Assembly (NCBI GenBank): GCA_964589445.1
Contig: CAZPQX010000003.1
Span: forward strand, 42,133-106,132
Direction: 5' to 3'
Source: an uncultured Candidatus Saccharibacteria bacterium
GTDB taxonomy: Bacteria > Patescibacteriota > Minisyncoccia > Phycocordibacterales > WO2-35-19
Length of the DNA stretch: 64,000 bases
The notes beneath the pieces were generated by a model. The model had not been told where the DNA came from and made no database searches. It was given only the letters and a program-made list of their open reading frames with translations. The translations under genes and the position numbers were made by a program. Positions 7,333-17,016 of this stretch are shown piece after piece (positions within the stretch are counted from its first letter, which is position 1; every line of letters begins with the position of its first letter).

Positions 7333-7915
7333 TATTTTATTATTCATAATAGTTTTCTTACTAGGTAGTTTACTAGGCTTTTCTTTATATGGATATTTAA
7401 GTAGTTATGGATTCCAGATAAATAAAGAGATAGATTTAATGAATTTATTGTCTTTGTCTGTTAATAGTATAATTGCTATTTTTGTTGTTAGGGCAATTAG
7501 AAAAAAGGATGATGGTGATCGTAGAAAAAAAGAGATTATAATAAAATATTTTGAAAATTTTGACTCAGAATTTTTTAACATCTCTAGGGAGATGGCAAAA
7601 AATGGAGTAGAACTTAAGTGGGTTACTGGTGTTTTAAAAAGATACAGAAATAGAGCATATAAGTTAATAAAACTTGCAGATAAACATCATTTTATAACTG
7701 AAAATTGTATTGAAGCTAGTGTATTATTAGAAAATATAAAAAAGATTCAAGATTTACTAACCGACACTCCGCGAGAAGGAGAAATAGAAAATGGAGTAAG
7801 GGCTACAAACGGCAAACTTAGTTTTTCAGCAAAACAGATAGACGATATATCATCCACAACCTTCGATGTAACATCTAATGTATTCGAAATTATAGTGATA
7901 ATAAATAATCGCTAG
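7310..7915 (+). CDS. Membrane protein (2 N-terminal TM helices plus cytoplasmic domain), third gene of the AT-rich operon
   Basis: Hydrophobic N-terminus LNILLFIIVFLLGSLLGFSLYGYL...IIAIFVV; overlaps upstream gene by 23 nt. Confidence 0.5.
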   Translation: MLKWTNLNILLFIIVFLLGSLLGFSLYGYLSSYGFQINKEIDLMNLLSLSVNSIIAIFVVRAIRKKDDGDRRKKEIIIKYFENFDSEFFNISREMAKNGVELKWVTGVLKRYRNRAYKLIKLADKHHFITENCIEASVLLENIKKIQDLLTDTPREGEIENGVRATNGKLSFSAKQIDDISSTTFDVTSNVFEIIVIINNR

Positions 7916-7993
7916 AGAGTTAAGATTTTAGTTACGGCATTTTTATAACTTTAACCAAAGAACCCAGCACATTTTCAATGCTATAATTACCCT

Positions 7994-8884
7994 ATGAAAA
8001 AGGAACTTAAAAACATAGCAGTGCTCGGGGTTTTTGCTTTGCTGGTATTGATTGGAGTGGGGGAGAAAGCACTCGCTACTATAGGTGGCCCGACCTACAT
8101 ATATGATTTCAAATACAACCCGAAAGATGAGTCGGTGTACTACACTGAAAGCGACTACGGAGGCAGAGGCTGCCCACCCATGCTCTCCAAAACATCACTC
8201 GCCACAGGCGTGAGTCAAAAGGTGTACTCATGTGACCAGGGGGAAAAATTATACGACGGAAAAGATTATGAGGTTGCTATTGCTGAGGTGAGGGCTCAGA
8301 TAAACGCCATCACTCAAAATTTCAAAAACCTGGTACCTATCAGTCTAAAGAAAAATAATATTGCTATTGATTTAAAGTTTGTGAGAACTGAAAATTTGAA
8401 CCCCGAGATAGATGAGATCAAAAACAGTGTGTTTAGTGCAACTGTATATCAAGGTGACAAAAAACTGACAGAAATGGAGATATCGGGCTGCAACACTGAG
8501 CAGCCTTTCACTTTTGCCGGCTATGCTGTGCCTGGGTTTGATAAAAAGATAGTGCTCCTCCTTTCTACAAAGGGTGATTGTTTTGAAGGTGGCTATATAG
8601 ACGAGTCGCTCCTCGTGGTGGGCGGCCTAAATTCTATAAACAGAGAATCTTTAAATTTTTATAAGAGCGACGAAGCTCTAGTACCCAACGAAGGCACACT
8701 CACTGTATATGAAAATGAAAGTGTGGAGGTGGTAAATAATGGCGAAGTAGAAACACCTACAGAAACGGAAACAGAAGCAGAGGGAGAGGCAAATATGAAT
8801 TTATATATAATATTTGGGGTAGCCGCTCTGGTGCTTGTGGTACTCGGGTTTGTTGTAGGTAGGATGAGTAAAAAACAAGTTTAG
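7994..8884 (+). CDS. Secreted/membrane-anchored hypothetical protein (signal peptide plus C-terminal TM anchor, acidic TETE linker)
   Basis: N-terminal signal-like MKKELKNIAVLGVFALLVLIG and C-terminal LYIIFGVAALVLVVLGFVVGR. Confidence 0.5.
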   Translation: MKKELKNIAVLGVFALLVLIGVGEKALATIGGPTYIYDFKYNPKDESVYYTESDYGGRGCPPMLSKTSLATGVSQKVYSCDQGEKLYDGKDYEVAIAEVRAQINAITQNFKNLVPISLKKNNIAIDLKFVRTENLNPEIDEIKNSVFSATVYQGDKKLTEMEISGCNTEQPFTFAGYAVPGFDKKIVLLLSTKGDCFEGGYIDESLLVVGGLNSINRESLNFYKSDEALVPNEGTLTVYENESVEVVNNGEVETPTETETEAEGEANMNLYIIFGVAALVLVVLGFVVGRMSKKQV

Positions 8885-8893
8885 GAAGCCCTC

Positions 8894-9142
8894 ATGTATA
8901 AAGTTTATATCCTCGAATGTGCTGACCAAACTTTGTATGTCGGCTCGACCAACAATTTGGAGAAGCGGCTCGTAGAGCACAATACTTCTAAGAAAGGTGC
9001 TCACTATACGAAAATAAGAAGGCCAGTGGTTTTGAGGTATTCTGAAGACATGCCCAACCTCTCCGCCGCCCTAAAAAGGGAACTTGAGATAAAAAGATTA
9101 AAAAGACAGGAGAAGCTAGCTTTGATTGAAAAAACTGGGTAA
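8894..9142 (+). CDS. GIY-YIG nuclease family protein, copy 3
   Basis: MYKVYILECADQTLYVGSTNNLEKRLVEHNTSKKGAHYTKIRRPVVL is near-identical to copy 2. Confidence 0.85.
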   Translation: MYKVYILECADQTLYVGSTNNLEKRLVEHNTSKKGAHYTKIRRPVVLRYSEDMPNLSAALKRELEIKRLKRQEKLALIEKTG

Positions 9143-9227
9143 ATTGACTTTTTCAAAAAAAATAGTAGTGTGAATGTGGAAAAAAAGAACGCCTTTGCGG
9201 CGTTTGTAGCTGGAAGGAAAGGAAAGC

Positions 9228-9830
9228 ATGTCTTCTCTCAAAACTGTTGGGGTTTGTATCCAGGATACCATCTATGCAAGAGGTCTTACCTCAGTGCTGG
9301 AGGGTGCTGGCTACGAGGTGTCTTGTTTAGATGTGTGCACTTTGTGCGCCGACGACATTCCCGATTGTGTTATTGTGGGTCTGAGGAAGGGTGTTCAGAT
9401 TGTGGATTTTCTGATTTCTCAAATCGGAGCATTCAAAGAGTCACCTAAAGCTCTCGTTGTCATCACGAGCGGCGTTACTTCGACCCAGGTGGACAAGCTG
9501 AAGTCGCTCGGGGTGAATGCGATACTGAGCTTCGAGATGGAGCCGGAGGAACTCGTTAACTCGATGGTTCTCTTGCCACAACATTCAATTGTTAACCTGG
9601 AAATAATCACTCCAGGGGCAAATCCGAAACTCCTGACCATCAGGGAATGGCAGGTGTTATCTTTGCTAGCGGAAGGTTTATCGGTCAAGGAGATTGCCGT
9701 ATATCTCAACCTGAATGTGAAGACTGTGGAGGCCCATAAGCTCAATCTCATGAGGAAGCTCGACCTCCACAATAAGGTTGAGGTGGTGAAGTGGTGGTTG
9801 GACAACAAGCAACACAAACCGGCAGCCTAA
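9228..9830 (+). CDS. LuxR/NarL-family transcriptional regulator with an atypical (likely non-phosphorylatable) receiver domain
   Basis: C-terminal LuxR HTH: LTIREWQVLSLLAEGLSVKEIAVYLNLNVKTVEAHKLNLMRKL. The receiver lacks the canonical DD pair, and the phospho-Asp position reads VIVGL. Confidence 0.6.
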   Translation: MSSLKTVGVCIQDTIYARGLTSVLEGAGYEVSCLDVCTLCADDIPDCVIVGLRKGVQIVDFLISQIGAFKESPKALVVITSGVTSTQVDKLKSLGVNAILSFEMEPEELVNSMVLLPQHSIVNLEIITPGANPKLLTIREWQVLSLLAEGLSVKEIAVYLNLNVKTVEAHKLNLMRKLDLHNKVEVVKWWLDNKQHKPAA

Positions 9831-9855
9831 TGTTTGGCCGCGCTCTCTTGATAGA

Positions 9856-9885
9856 ATCCCGCAGGATATCGCGGGGTTCTTTTTG
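9856..9885 (+). terminator. Rho-independent terminator
   Basis: aatcccgcaggatatcgcggggttctttttg. Confidence 0.55.
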
Positions 9886-9973
9886 TAAATGTTCATGATG
9901 GGGTGTTGAGATGCATAGGCATCAGAAACTCGCATTCATTGAAAAAACAGGATTAAGGGGGTAGAATTTTGTA

Positions 9974-10432
9974 ATGCAAAAAATAACACCCAATCTTTGG
10001 TTTAAGGGCAACGCCGTTGAGGCAGTCAACTTTTATTTATCGGTTTTCCCTGACTCCAAAATTATCACTACTTCGTATTATCCGACAGAAGGACTACTCG
10101 ATTTCCAAAAAGATTTTGCTGGGAAGCCTCTCGCTATTTACTTTTCGCTTATGGGAATGGAGTTTGTGGCGATAAACGCAGGCAACGAATTTACTTTCAA
10201 TGAAGCAGTTTCATTCAATATTTCTTGTAAGGATCAAGAAGAGATTGACTATTATTGGCAAAAGCTTGCACTAGAAGGAGGAGAAGAAAGTGTTTGCGGA
10301 TGGTGCAAAGACAAGTATGGCCTCTCGTGGCAGATCAACCCAGAAAATATAGAAGACTTGATGCTCAAACCTGGTGCCTGGTCAAAACTTTTGGAGATGA
10401 AAAAGATTGATATAAAGGCACTCGAAGAATAG
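9974..10432 (+). CDS. VOC-family / PhnB-like protein (3-demethylubiquinone-9 3-methyltransferase-like fold)
   Basis: MQKITPNLWFKGNAVEAVNFYLSVFPDS... matches the typical PhnB/VOC N-terminus. Confidence 0.55.
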   Translation: MQKITPNLWFKGNAVEAVNFYLSVFPDSKIITTSYYPTEGLLDFQKDFAGKPLAIYFSLMGMEFVAINAGNEFTFNEAVSFNISCKDQEEIDYYWQKLALEGGEESVCGWCKDKYGLSWQINPENIEDLMLKPGAWSKLLEMKKIDIKALEE

Positions 10433-10462
10433 TCGTATCTAATTTTGTGATACAAAAAGAAA

Positions 10463-10491
10463 AGCCCCGATTTCGATCGGGGCTTTTCTTG
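10463..10491. terminator. Bidirectional terminator
   Basis: aaaagccccgatttcgatcggggcttttctt lies between convergent genes. Confidence 0.6.
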
Positions 10492-10511
10492 AACTAAAAA
10501 TATTTTTAAAA

Positions 10512-11030
10512 CTATACGAGGTGTTCGAGCCAGGCGCCTACGCTGTAGGCGACTATAGCTGCGATGATACCTATGGCACATGTCTGGATAGCTGTCTTAG
10601 CTTTGGAAACATGAGCTAGTTCACCGCGGATGAGTCCTATAATAAAGAAGGTGATAAGGGTGAGGATGGAGGCTGCATAAAATTCATTTTGGATTGATCC
10701 TGGGAAAAAGTAGCTCCACACGTAAGAAATCATAGGGATAGATCCGACAGTTATAAATGAAAGGAAGGTGACAGAAGCAGTCTTCCAAGGAGAGGTGTGT
10801 TCCATATCTTGGTTTTGAGTCTGGTGCGACTCTTCGGATAGGAAGTTTGAAGATGCCATCGAAAAGCCGTCGGCCAAAACATTTGAGAAGCCGAGGATAA
10901 GCACTATCGAAGGGTCGAGCTTTGCCCCCGCGATGCCGGCGATGATGGCAAAAGTGGTGACTGTGCCGTCTATCGAGCCATATACAAACTCTGGTAAATA
11001 TTCGGAAAACTTTTTTCTAATTTCATGCAT
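10512..11030 (-). CDS. VIT1/CCC1-family iron/manganese transporter
   Basis: GSIDGTVTTFAIIAGIAGA is the VIT-family signature; multiple TM helices. Confidence 0.7.
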   Translation of the reverse strand: MHEIRKKFSEYLPEFVYGSIDGTVTTFAIIAGIAGAKLDPSIVLILGFSNVLADGFSMASSNFLSEESHQTQNQDMEHTSPWKTASVTFLSFITVGSIPMISYVWSYFFPGSIQNEFYAASILTLITFFIIGLIRGELAHVSKAKTAIQTCAIGIIAAIVAYSVGAWLEHLV

Positions 11031-11062
11031 AGTTTTTTTATTGTAACATAGTAATTATAAAT

Positions 11063-11317
11063 ATGTTTAATTCAAAAAAGAGTCAGTTGGTGATACTTGG
11101 AGCCCTATCTCTCATTTGTTCGGGGTTGTTTTTCGCACTTTTAAATGACCCTGAAGGTCCAAATCTATTGGTGATCTTCGGGATGGCAATGATCGTGTAT
11201 TTCCCATCCCTAGGTTTTTATTTGCTCAATGGATCATTCACTGGTATCAAGAAGCTCCTGATCACGATCCTAATTCAGCTAGTGGTAACTGTTTGTTTCT
11301 ATTTTTTCCTGAGTTAA
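11063..11317 (+). CDS. Small membrane protein (hypothetical)
   Basis: 84-aa hydrophobic ORF. Confidence 0.3.
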   Translation: MFNSKKSQLVILGALSLICSGLFFALLNDPEGPNLLVIFGMAMIVYFPSLGFYLLNGSFTGIKKLLITILIQLVVTVCFYFFLS

Positions 11318-11355
11318 TATTCCTGCTCTCTTTTTTACTTCACAATCTTTTTTCT

Positions 11356-11383
11356 ATTGACAAAGCATAATTTCAATGTAGTA
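11356..11383 (+). promoter_or_regulatory. Sigma-70-like promoter (TTGACA-N16-TAGTAT) for the GC-rich ORF at 11461
   Basis: ttgacaaagcataatttcaatgtagtat. Confidence 0.4.
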
Positions 11384-11460
11384 TATTGCCCGTACGCGTT
11401 CTTTGTAGAAGTAGAAGTACCGGAAAAGGGTGCGTAACATCTGACTTGGGGAGTGTTTTT

Positions 11461-11988
11461 ATGGCAGCAAATACTAAGGGACTCGACCTCTTCGCGGCGA
11501 TGGCCGCGGTGGATTTGACGGCGATGTCGATGTCCATGGATGATGGGGTGTGGGGCCCGGTTGAGGAGGGAGACACCGTTTTGGGTGTCATGAGTGAGAA
11601 CCTTCAGCGGATCTTCTGCGTTCGGGCCAATGTCTTTTTCGAGCTCCGGTCGTTTGCCGGGGCGGCTCGTGAAAAGGGCATTCAACTCATCGCTCGTCAT
11701 TTGGAGGAGGTCACATCTCGTGTGGAGGGCGAAGAATTAGGCTGCACCGCGTTCCAAAAGGAGATCGAGGATACCTTTGAAGAAACCTATGGTCTCCAGA
11801 TGGTGTGCGATCGCGTGAGTGAAATTTTGTCAGATTTGATTGCTCTCGAGCTGGGGCTCGAGAGCACTCAGGGACTCATCGTCCGCGAGGGTTTCCAGGT
11901 CGTCAAGCCCAAGGGCCACGAAGAGGAGATCCCACTCCATTTCAAAATCTTGGTGTCCAGGGGTGGGGGGCGCGGTAAACCTGCGTAG
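11461..11988 (+). CDS. GC-rich hypothetical protein (likely acquired)
   Basis: ORF with SD ggggag, its own promoter and a terminator (12017-12050); GC is well above flanks; no recognisable motif. Confidence 0.4.
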   Translation: MAANTKGLDLFAAMAAVDLTAMSMSMDDGVWGPVEEGDTVLGVMSENLQRIFCVRANVFFELRSFAGAAREKGIQLIARHLEEVTSRVEGEELGCTAFQKEIEDTFEETYGLQMVCDRVSEILSDLIALELGLESTQGLIVREGFQVVKPKGHEEEIPLHFKILVSRGGGRGKPA

Positions 11989-12095
11989 GATATCGGCGCA
12001 AAAAATCAGCGATGGCTGGGGCCGGGTGGAGACACCTGGCCTTTTTCTTTTTAAAATTTTATACAAAACCAATATCGATTTGTTATAATATTGGT

Positions 12096-12395
12096 ATGAA
12101 AAAGATATTTATTTTGATTGTGATATTAGTAGTTGGTGTTTTGGGTTATTTATTCTTTAGAAAGTCTCCCGAGGAGGCTATGCCAAATAATACAAACACT
12201 CCAAATACTGAGCAGGGAGCAGTTTCTGGAAAAATTAATATAAACGTAGTTTGCGAAGGAGCTCTTTCATACATGACCTTCCCAGACGCTGTGGCGGCTG
12301 ACGCATTTGTCGCTGAATGTAAAGAAGGAAAGCACCCTGAAGTGATAGAAAAATACAAAGCCGATATGAATTTGGGAGATGGCGCCGCGATATAA
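12096..12395 (+). CDS. Small secreted/membrane-anchored protein
   Basis: MKKIFILIVILVVGVLGYLFF N-terminal TM/signal. Confidence 0.4.
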   Translation: MKKIFILIVILVVGVLGYLFFRKSPEEAMPNNTNTPNTEQGAVSGKININVVCEGALSYMTFPDAVAADAFVAECKEGKHPEVIEKYKADMNLGDGAAI

Positions 12396-12407
12396 AAATT
12401 CAAAATA

Positions 12408-12442
12408 AAACAGCCAGCCCCCGTAAGGGGGCCGGCTGTTTT
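12408..12442. terminator. Bidirectional terminator
   Basis: cagccagcccccgtaagggggccggctgtttttgg. Confidence 0.6.
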
Positions 12443-12479
12443 TGGCTATTAATTTTTCGATACTAGGGGACTAGCTAAC

Positions 12480-14507
12480 TTAAGGGAATGATACGTCGCT
12501 TGTCCTCCACTCAACTAGGCCTGACATGAAGTTTGTCGTGTTTATCGTACCCCCTCCTTGCCACCTAAATCCTTCAAAACCTATTGAGTAGATGCCTGTA
12601 GGTAGAGGAGAGCCGTCTGGTCTTCTACCTAGGATTTGGAAGGTTACAGGTATTGATACTTCTGTACCTTCTGGGATCCTAAAGCTGTTTGTAAGTCCCG
12701 AAGTGTTGCTTCCGCTAGGGATGCTAAATGAGGTTGATGTAGCGGCACTCCCTATACTATTGTCGGATGCACCATTCCTATAAACTTGGAATGACCCGCT
12801 TGTAGATCCGAAAGCAGGGGATGTAGAAGCTGCTGTACCAAGTATCAGATCTTCTCCTACCGCTCTAATCCTCAAGTTGAATGTGGCGGTGAGAGTAGAT
12901 GTGCTCATATTGCTTGTACCACCAAACTGGGGTGCACCATTTGTGGTGATGCTTGCGGATGAAAGTGAAATCTCTGGACCAACATTTCTCACTGTCACAG
13001 GGTAGCCGATGGCGCTGCCCGTGATGTCGCTCGTGTCTATACTGTCACCAAGATTGTTTTCTGCTGTGATGCCTGAAGAGGAGGCACTAGCAGAAAATGT
13101 AACAGGATTGATGTCACTATTCCTTATGTCAGCTCTTACACTGAGTGTGCGAGTAGTGTTTATTGGTATGTTGTAATCGATATTACTAAACACTGCTGTG
13201 TCGCCATTTACTGATGTATTGTCTATCTCTCTAGAGCCGTCATACAAGTAAAGTGTGCTTGAAGCGTTTGCACTTCCGCTACCACTTTTACTTATATTTA
13301 CTCTGAGGTCTCTCATCACGATATCAGCTCTCTCTGCTCTGAGGTCAAAGGTGAGTAGAGTGAGCCTGTCTATCTCGTTGTTGTTTACACCGGAAGAAGA
13401 GACTACATTTTGAGCTCTCGGAGTAGAGTTGTTTAGAGAAAGTCTAAGTGTCGCTGTCTCTGAAAGACTTTCCTGTACGCTAAAGCTTCTTGATACGCTT
13501 GAGCCAAAAGAAGGACCGTAGTGGTCTATACCTGCTCCGTCTGTACCTCTCACACCGTTGTTTGCAAGTGATATAGAGCGAGAGCCTCTGTCATTCTGGT
13601 CTATACTAGTCCGCACATCTGCTCTGATCACCAAGTCTCTAGATGTTTCCTTCGGTACAATGTAGCTAAAACCCGTGAGGTCTATAAAGTAGTTGTCACC
13701 TTCTCTGATCACATTTGATGAATTCAGGTCTCTAGATGCTATGCTTGTGTTTGAGTTGCCCTCGCTCAAATATATTCGAGAGAGTACTCTATTGTACAAG
13801 GTTGAGTTTGTGCCTAAGTTTACACGGACTCTTTGTACCGCTATGTCGGAAGTCCTAGCTTCTACTCTCATACCAAGCACTGCTACACCAGTCTGACCTT
13901 CGTAGATAGTAGAGCTTATGCCGGCGTTGGTCTGGCTAACTGTCATGATGCCCTCTACTCCTGGAGTGGTGATGCCGCCAGTTGTAGGAGTGGTGGTGCC
14001 TGTAGTTGGTGGTGTGGTAGGTGTTTGGGCTGCAAGGATCGCGTTTATCCTAGCTCTTGTTATCGGACCGAAATATCCGGCTGTCGGGCTGATGCTTTGT
14101 GCAGCTTGGAAACGAGAGAGAGCCGCTTGTGTGAGTGTGCCGAAGTATCCATAAGCTACACCTGTAGGCATAACCAAATACCCATTTGTAACTAGGAACT
14201 GCTGAAGTCTAGTCACTTGTGCACCCGTGCTTCCTAGAGTCAGGTCGCTAGTGAAGACGAAGCTCGGAGTAGTCGGAGTACCTCCGGTTTGCTGTCCAGC
14301 TATTATTGCTTGTAGTTGGCTCACGAGTGCTAGCAATGTGTTTATCTGTGCCCTGAGGTGAGCGTCGGTGCTTGTAGTGGTAGTCGCCTGCGCGTTTGCT
14401 CTTTGGGGATTAATTCCAAAGCTTGGGATTAAGAGACCCAGGATGAGTGCTCCGCCCAAAAGCCACTTAAGCACCTTTTCCTTTTTTGTGCTTTCTTTGT
14501 TGTTCAT
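12480..14507 (-). CDS. Large Thr/Ser-rich cell-surface protein with an N-proximal peptidoglycan-binding domain
   Basis: Signal/TM N-terminus; PG_binding_1-like region LGSTGAQVTRLQQFLVTNGYL...GYFGTLTQAALSRFQ...GYFGPITRARI; T/S-rich repeats. Confidence 0.6.
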   Translation of the reverse strand: MNNKESTKKEKVLKWLLGGALILGLLIPSFGINPQRANAQATTTTSTDAHLRAQINTLLALVSQLQAIIAGQQTGGTPTTPSFVFTSDLTLGSTGAQVTRLQQFLVTNGYLVMPTGVAYGYFGTLTQAALSRFQAAQSISPTAGYFGPITRARINAILAAQTPTTPPTTGTTTPTTGGITTPGVEGIMTVSQTNAGISSTIYEGQTGVAVLGMRVEARTSDIAVQRVRVNLGTNSTLYNRVLSRIYLSEGNSNTSIASRDLNSSNVIREGDNYFIDLTGFSYIVPKETSRDLVIRADVRTSIDQNDRGSRSISLANNGVRGTDGAGIDHYGPSFGSSVSRSFSVQESLSETATLRLSLNNSTPRAQNVVSSSGVNNNEIDRLTLLTFDLRAERADIVMRDLRVNISKSGSGSANASSTLYLYDGSREIDNTSVNGDTAVFSNIDYNIPINTTRTLSVRADIRNSDINPVTFSASASSSGITAENNLGDSIDTSDITGSAIGYPVTVRNVGPEISLSSASITTNGAPQFGGTSNMSTSTLTATFNLRIRAVGEDLILGTAASTSPAFGSTSGSFQVYRNGASDNSIGSAATSTSFSIPSGSNTSGLTNSFRIPEGTEVSIPVTFQILGRRPDGSPLPTGIYSIGFEGFRWQGGGTINTTNFMSGLVEWRTSDVSFP

Positions 14508-14742
14508 AATTTTGAATTAAAAGTTTTTGAATAAGATAATAATTGCTGAACTGCCATTTTTGTAAGGCATAATAAAAGTGATGAGTTTTTGTATAACTCT
14601 TACTTCTAAGGAGTCTTACTTATAAATGGTATGTCCGCGACTTTAGGTTAACATTTGAATTGGGAAGTTTTGATGAAGAGGGGACAAACAAAATATCGCC
14701 GTATTAGTGGAGATATTTTGTTTGTTACTTTTTGTTTGGCGA

Positions 14743-15981
14743 TTATCCTATAAAGGTGAGGGCCTTTCCTGTCTTGCCGGCTCTGCCGGTCCTACCTATC
14801 CTGTGCACATAGTCTGCGTAAGTTTGAGGGAGGTCATAGTTGATGACATGTGTTATGTCTTTGACATCGATGCCTCTCGCTGCCACATCGGTGGCTACGA
14901 GTATTTGTACGAGATTATCTTTAAAAAGTCCGAGAGCCTTTTGGCGTTTGTTGTGATTTTTGTTGCCGTGGATGGACTCTGATTTGAAGCCTCTTGAAGC
15001 AAGCTCTTTTGAGAGCTTTTCTACTCCATGTTTGGTTTCCCCGAAGACAAGCACTTTGGTGAAGCCATCTTTCAAAAGAAGGTCGTGAAGGATGTCTATC
15101 TTTGTTTTACCCGAGTCCACTCTTACTATGTCTTGGTCGATACTCTTGGCTGTGTCTTGTGTTTTTACTGAGATAGAAACCGGGTCTTTTAGGAATACCT
15201 TTATAAGACTTTCGATTTCGGGAGACATGGTGGCTGAGAAGAAAATAGTGTGTCTCTCGCTCGGCATTTTGGACATCATAAATTTCATGTCACCGATGAA
15301 GCCCATGTCGAGCATGCGGTCTGCTTCGTCGAGGACTATTGTCTTGAAGAGAGACAAGTCTAAAATCTTTCTCTCTATCAAATCTTTTATTCTTCCTGGT
15401 GTGCCTATGACGAAATGATGGCTCCTCCTTAGGTTTGAAATCTGGCTACCTATCGGCGCGCCGCCCACTGTGACTACAGAAAATATACCGAGCCCGACCG
15501 CAAAGTCTCTTAGCTCCTTTTCTATCTGGATAGCGAGCTCTCTTGTCGGGGCCGCGATGATGACCTTCTCATTTTTATTTTTCAAAACTTTGTCTAAAAG
15601 AGGGATGAGGAAAGCTGCCGTCTTGCCTGTGCCTGTGTTGGCGATGCCGACGATGTCTCTTGCCTTTAGTATGTGAGGGATAGCTCTGTCTTGTATTGGG
15701 CTAGGGGAGAGGTAGCCCTTTTTTGCTATGTTTGATTTTATTTTTTCGTCAATCAAAAAGTCTACGAACTTGTGCTCTGGCACAAACTTCTCTGCCTCTT
15801 CTACTATGACGGCTTTGTTTATAAATTTGGATACATCTATATGCTGGCCAAATCTTTTGCCCCTGCTCCTACCGCCCCTTTGGAATTTCTCTCCCCTTGA
15901 AGGTTTGCCGCCTCTTCCTCCAAATCTATTATTAAATTTTTGGCCTCTGTTTAGGGGCCTTCTGTTTTCTTTGTTGAACAT
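14743..15981 (-). CDS. DEAD-box ATP-dependent RNA helicase with an N-terminal RGG/Lys-rich tail
   Basis: Q-motif; GTGKTAAF (motif I); PTRELA; VLDEADRML (DEAD box); GRTGRAG at the C-terminal end; N-terminal tail FGGRGGKPSRGEKFQRGGRSRGKR. Confidence 0.85.
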   Translation of the reverse strand: MFNKENRRPLNRGQKFNNRFGGRGGKPSRGEKFQRGGRSRGKRFGQHIDVSKFINKAVIVEEAEKFVPEHKFVDFLIDEKIKSNIAKKGYLSPSPIQDRAIPHILKARDIVGIANTGTGKTAAFLIPLLDKVLKNKNEKVIIAAPTRELAIQIEKELRDFAVGLGIFSVVTVGGAPIGSQISNLRRSHHFVIGTPGRIKDLIERKILDLSLFKTIVLDEADRMLDMGFIGDMKFMMSKMPSERHTIFFSATMSPEIESLIKVFLKDPVSISVKTQDTAKSIDQDIVRVDSGKTKIDILHDLLLKDGFTKVLVFGETKHGVEKLSKELASRGFKSESIHGNKNHNKRQKALGLFKDNLVQILVATDVAARGIDVKDITHVINYDLPQTYADYVHRIGRTGRAGKTGKALTFIG

Positions 15982-16348
15982 AATTACTTAACTACACCCT
16001 GATGTCCGCCTAGGTTATATTAGTTAAGCAAACAAAAATAGTGATATTACCCATTAAGTATATACTATTTGGTCTATCTTGTCAATACAGGCGTACAGGC
16101 GGGTAAAAATGGCCTTTTTATACACATATTTAAATTGTAGCTACTCCTCGCTCATATATAATGTATGTATGGCTAAAGGCTTAGGAATACGAAAGGAAAA
16201 GAAGAAACCAAAGAAGAACAAACTCGGTAAGTAAGGTCTCGGTGGCTCTGGTTTCTCAAATTCATATCTCTTTAATGTGGGCATTTTAATATTGCCGTTT
16301 TTTGCTTTTGTGGTATAAATATTTTCGGAAAGGATCGGTGATATTTGA

Positions 16349-16978
16349 ATGATGAGAGCGTTTGAGGTCGAGCTTCAGTTTGCTAGTCAGAGGCTCGAGG
16401 CTTTCCTAAAAGCAAATCGTAGGTTGCTCGGGGAGTCTGGTCTCGAGTCACAGATGGTTGTTGGTCGCTATGCGGCGGCGATAGCCGGCAACTTCATCGC
16501 TTGGCTCGGGATGACTTATCCCTGGCTTAGGCATGAGCGGGCGAGGCGTGTCGTTTTGGACAATTTGCGATGCGATATGGGGGTCAACCGCCGGAGTGTG
16601 CTCCTTAGGTTTGCTAAGAAGTGCGGTGCAATACTTGGTGTAGATGAATACGAGCATGTCGCGTATCATGTGGGCTCCGTCTTCAATTTACTGGCAGACC
16701 CTTCGTTGGCGGGGCTGAGGGGGCTCGCCCTTCTTGCTACACTCGAGCGTCTTTCGCTTACCTTTATCCCCGAACTTGCACGCATGGCCGAAGAGTGCGG
16801 GTGTGTTGACTTTACATATATCCAATCTCATAACAGTGCTAGTGCGGCTCATTCCATCGCCCTTATTGAGGCGGTAAGTGATGAAATGGTGGTGGGTTAT
16901 CTGTCGGCCGAGACTGTGGTCGCGGAGGCATCAAGGTTGGCAGAAGATCTCATCAATCAAATCTTCTCACAAGACTAG
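16349..16978 (+). CDS. GC-rich hypothetical protein (possibly heme-oxygenase-like/TenA-like all-alpha fold; likely acquired)
   Basis: ORF with GC around 57% against a ~40% background, followed by a terminator (16990-17022). Confidence 0.35.
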   Translation: MMRAFEVELQFASQRLEAFLKANRRLLGESGLESQMVVGRYAAAIAGNFIAWLGMTYPWLRHERARRVVLDNLRCDMGVNRRSVLLRFAKKCGAILGVDEYEHVAYHVGSVFNLLADPSLAGLRGLALLATLERLSLTFIPELARMAEECGCVDFTYIQSHNSASAAHSIALIEAVSDEMVVGYLSAETVVAEASRLAEDLINQIFSQD

Positions 16979-17016
16979 CTGGCTGGCTCAAAAGCCGCGC
17001 TTTCGGGCGCGGCTTT

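Noticed and set aside
13693-14195. Plus-strand ORFs antisense to the large surface-protein gene
   Set aside because: These are antisense to a 675-aa ORF with clear signal peptide and PG-binding motifs, and consist of low-complexity translations.
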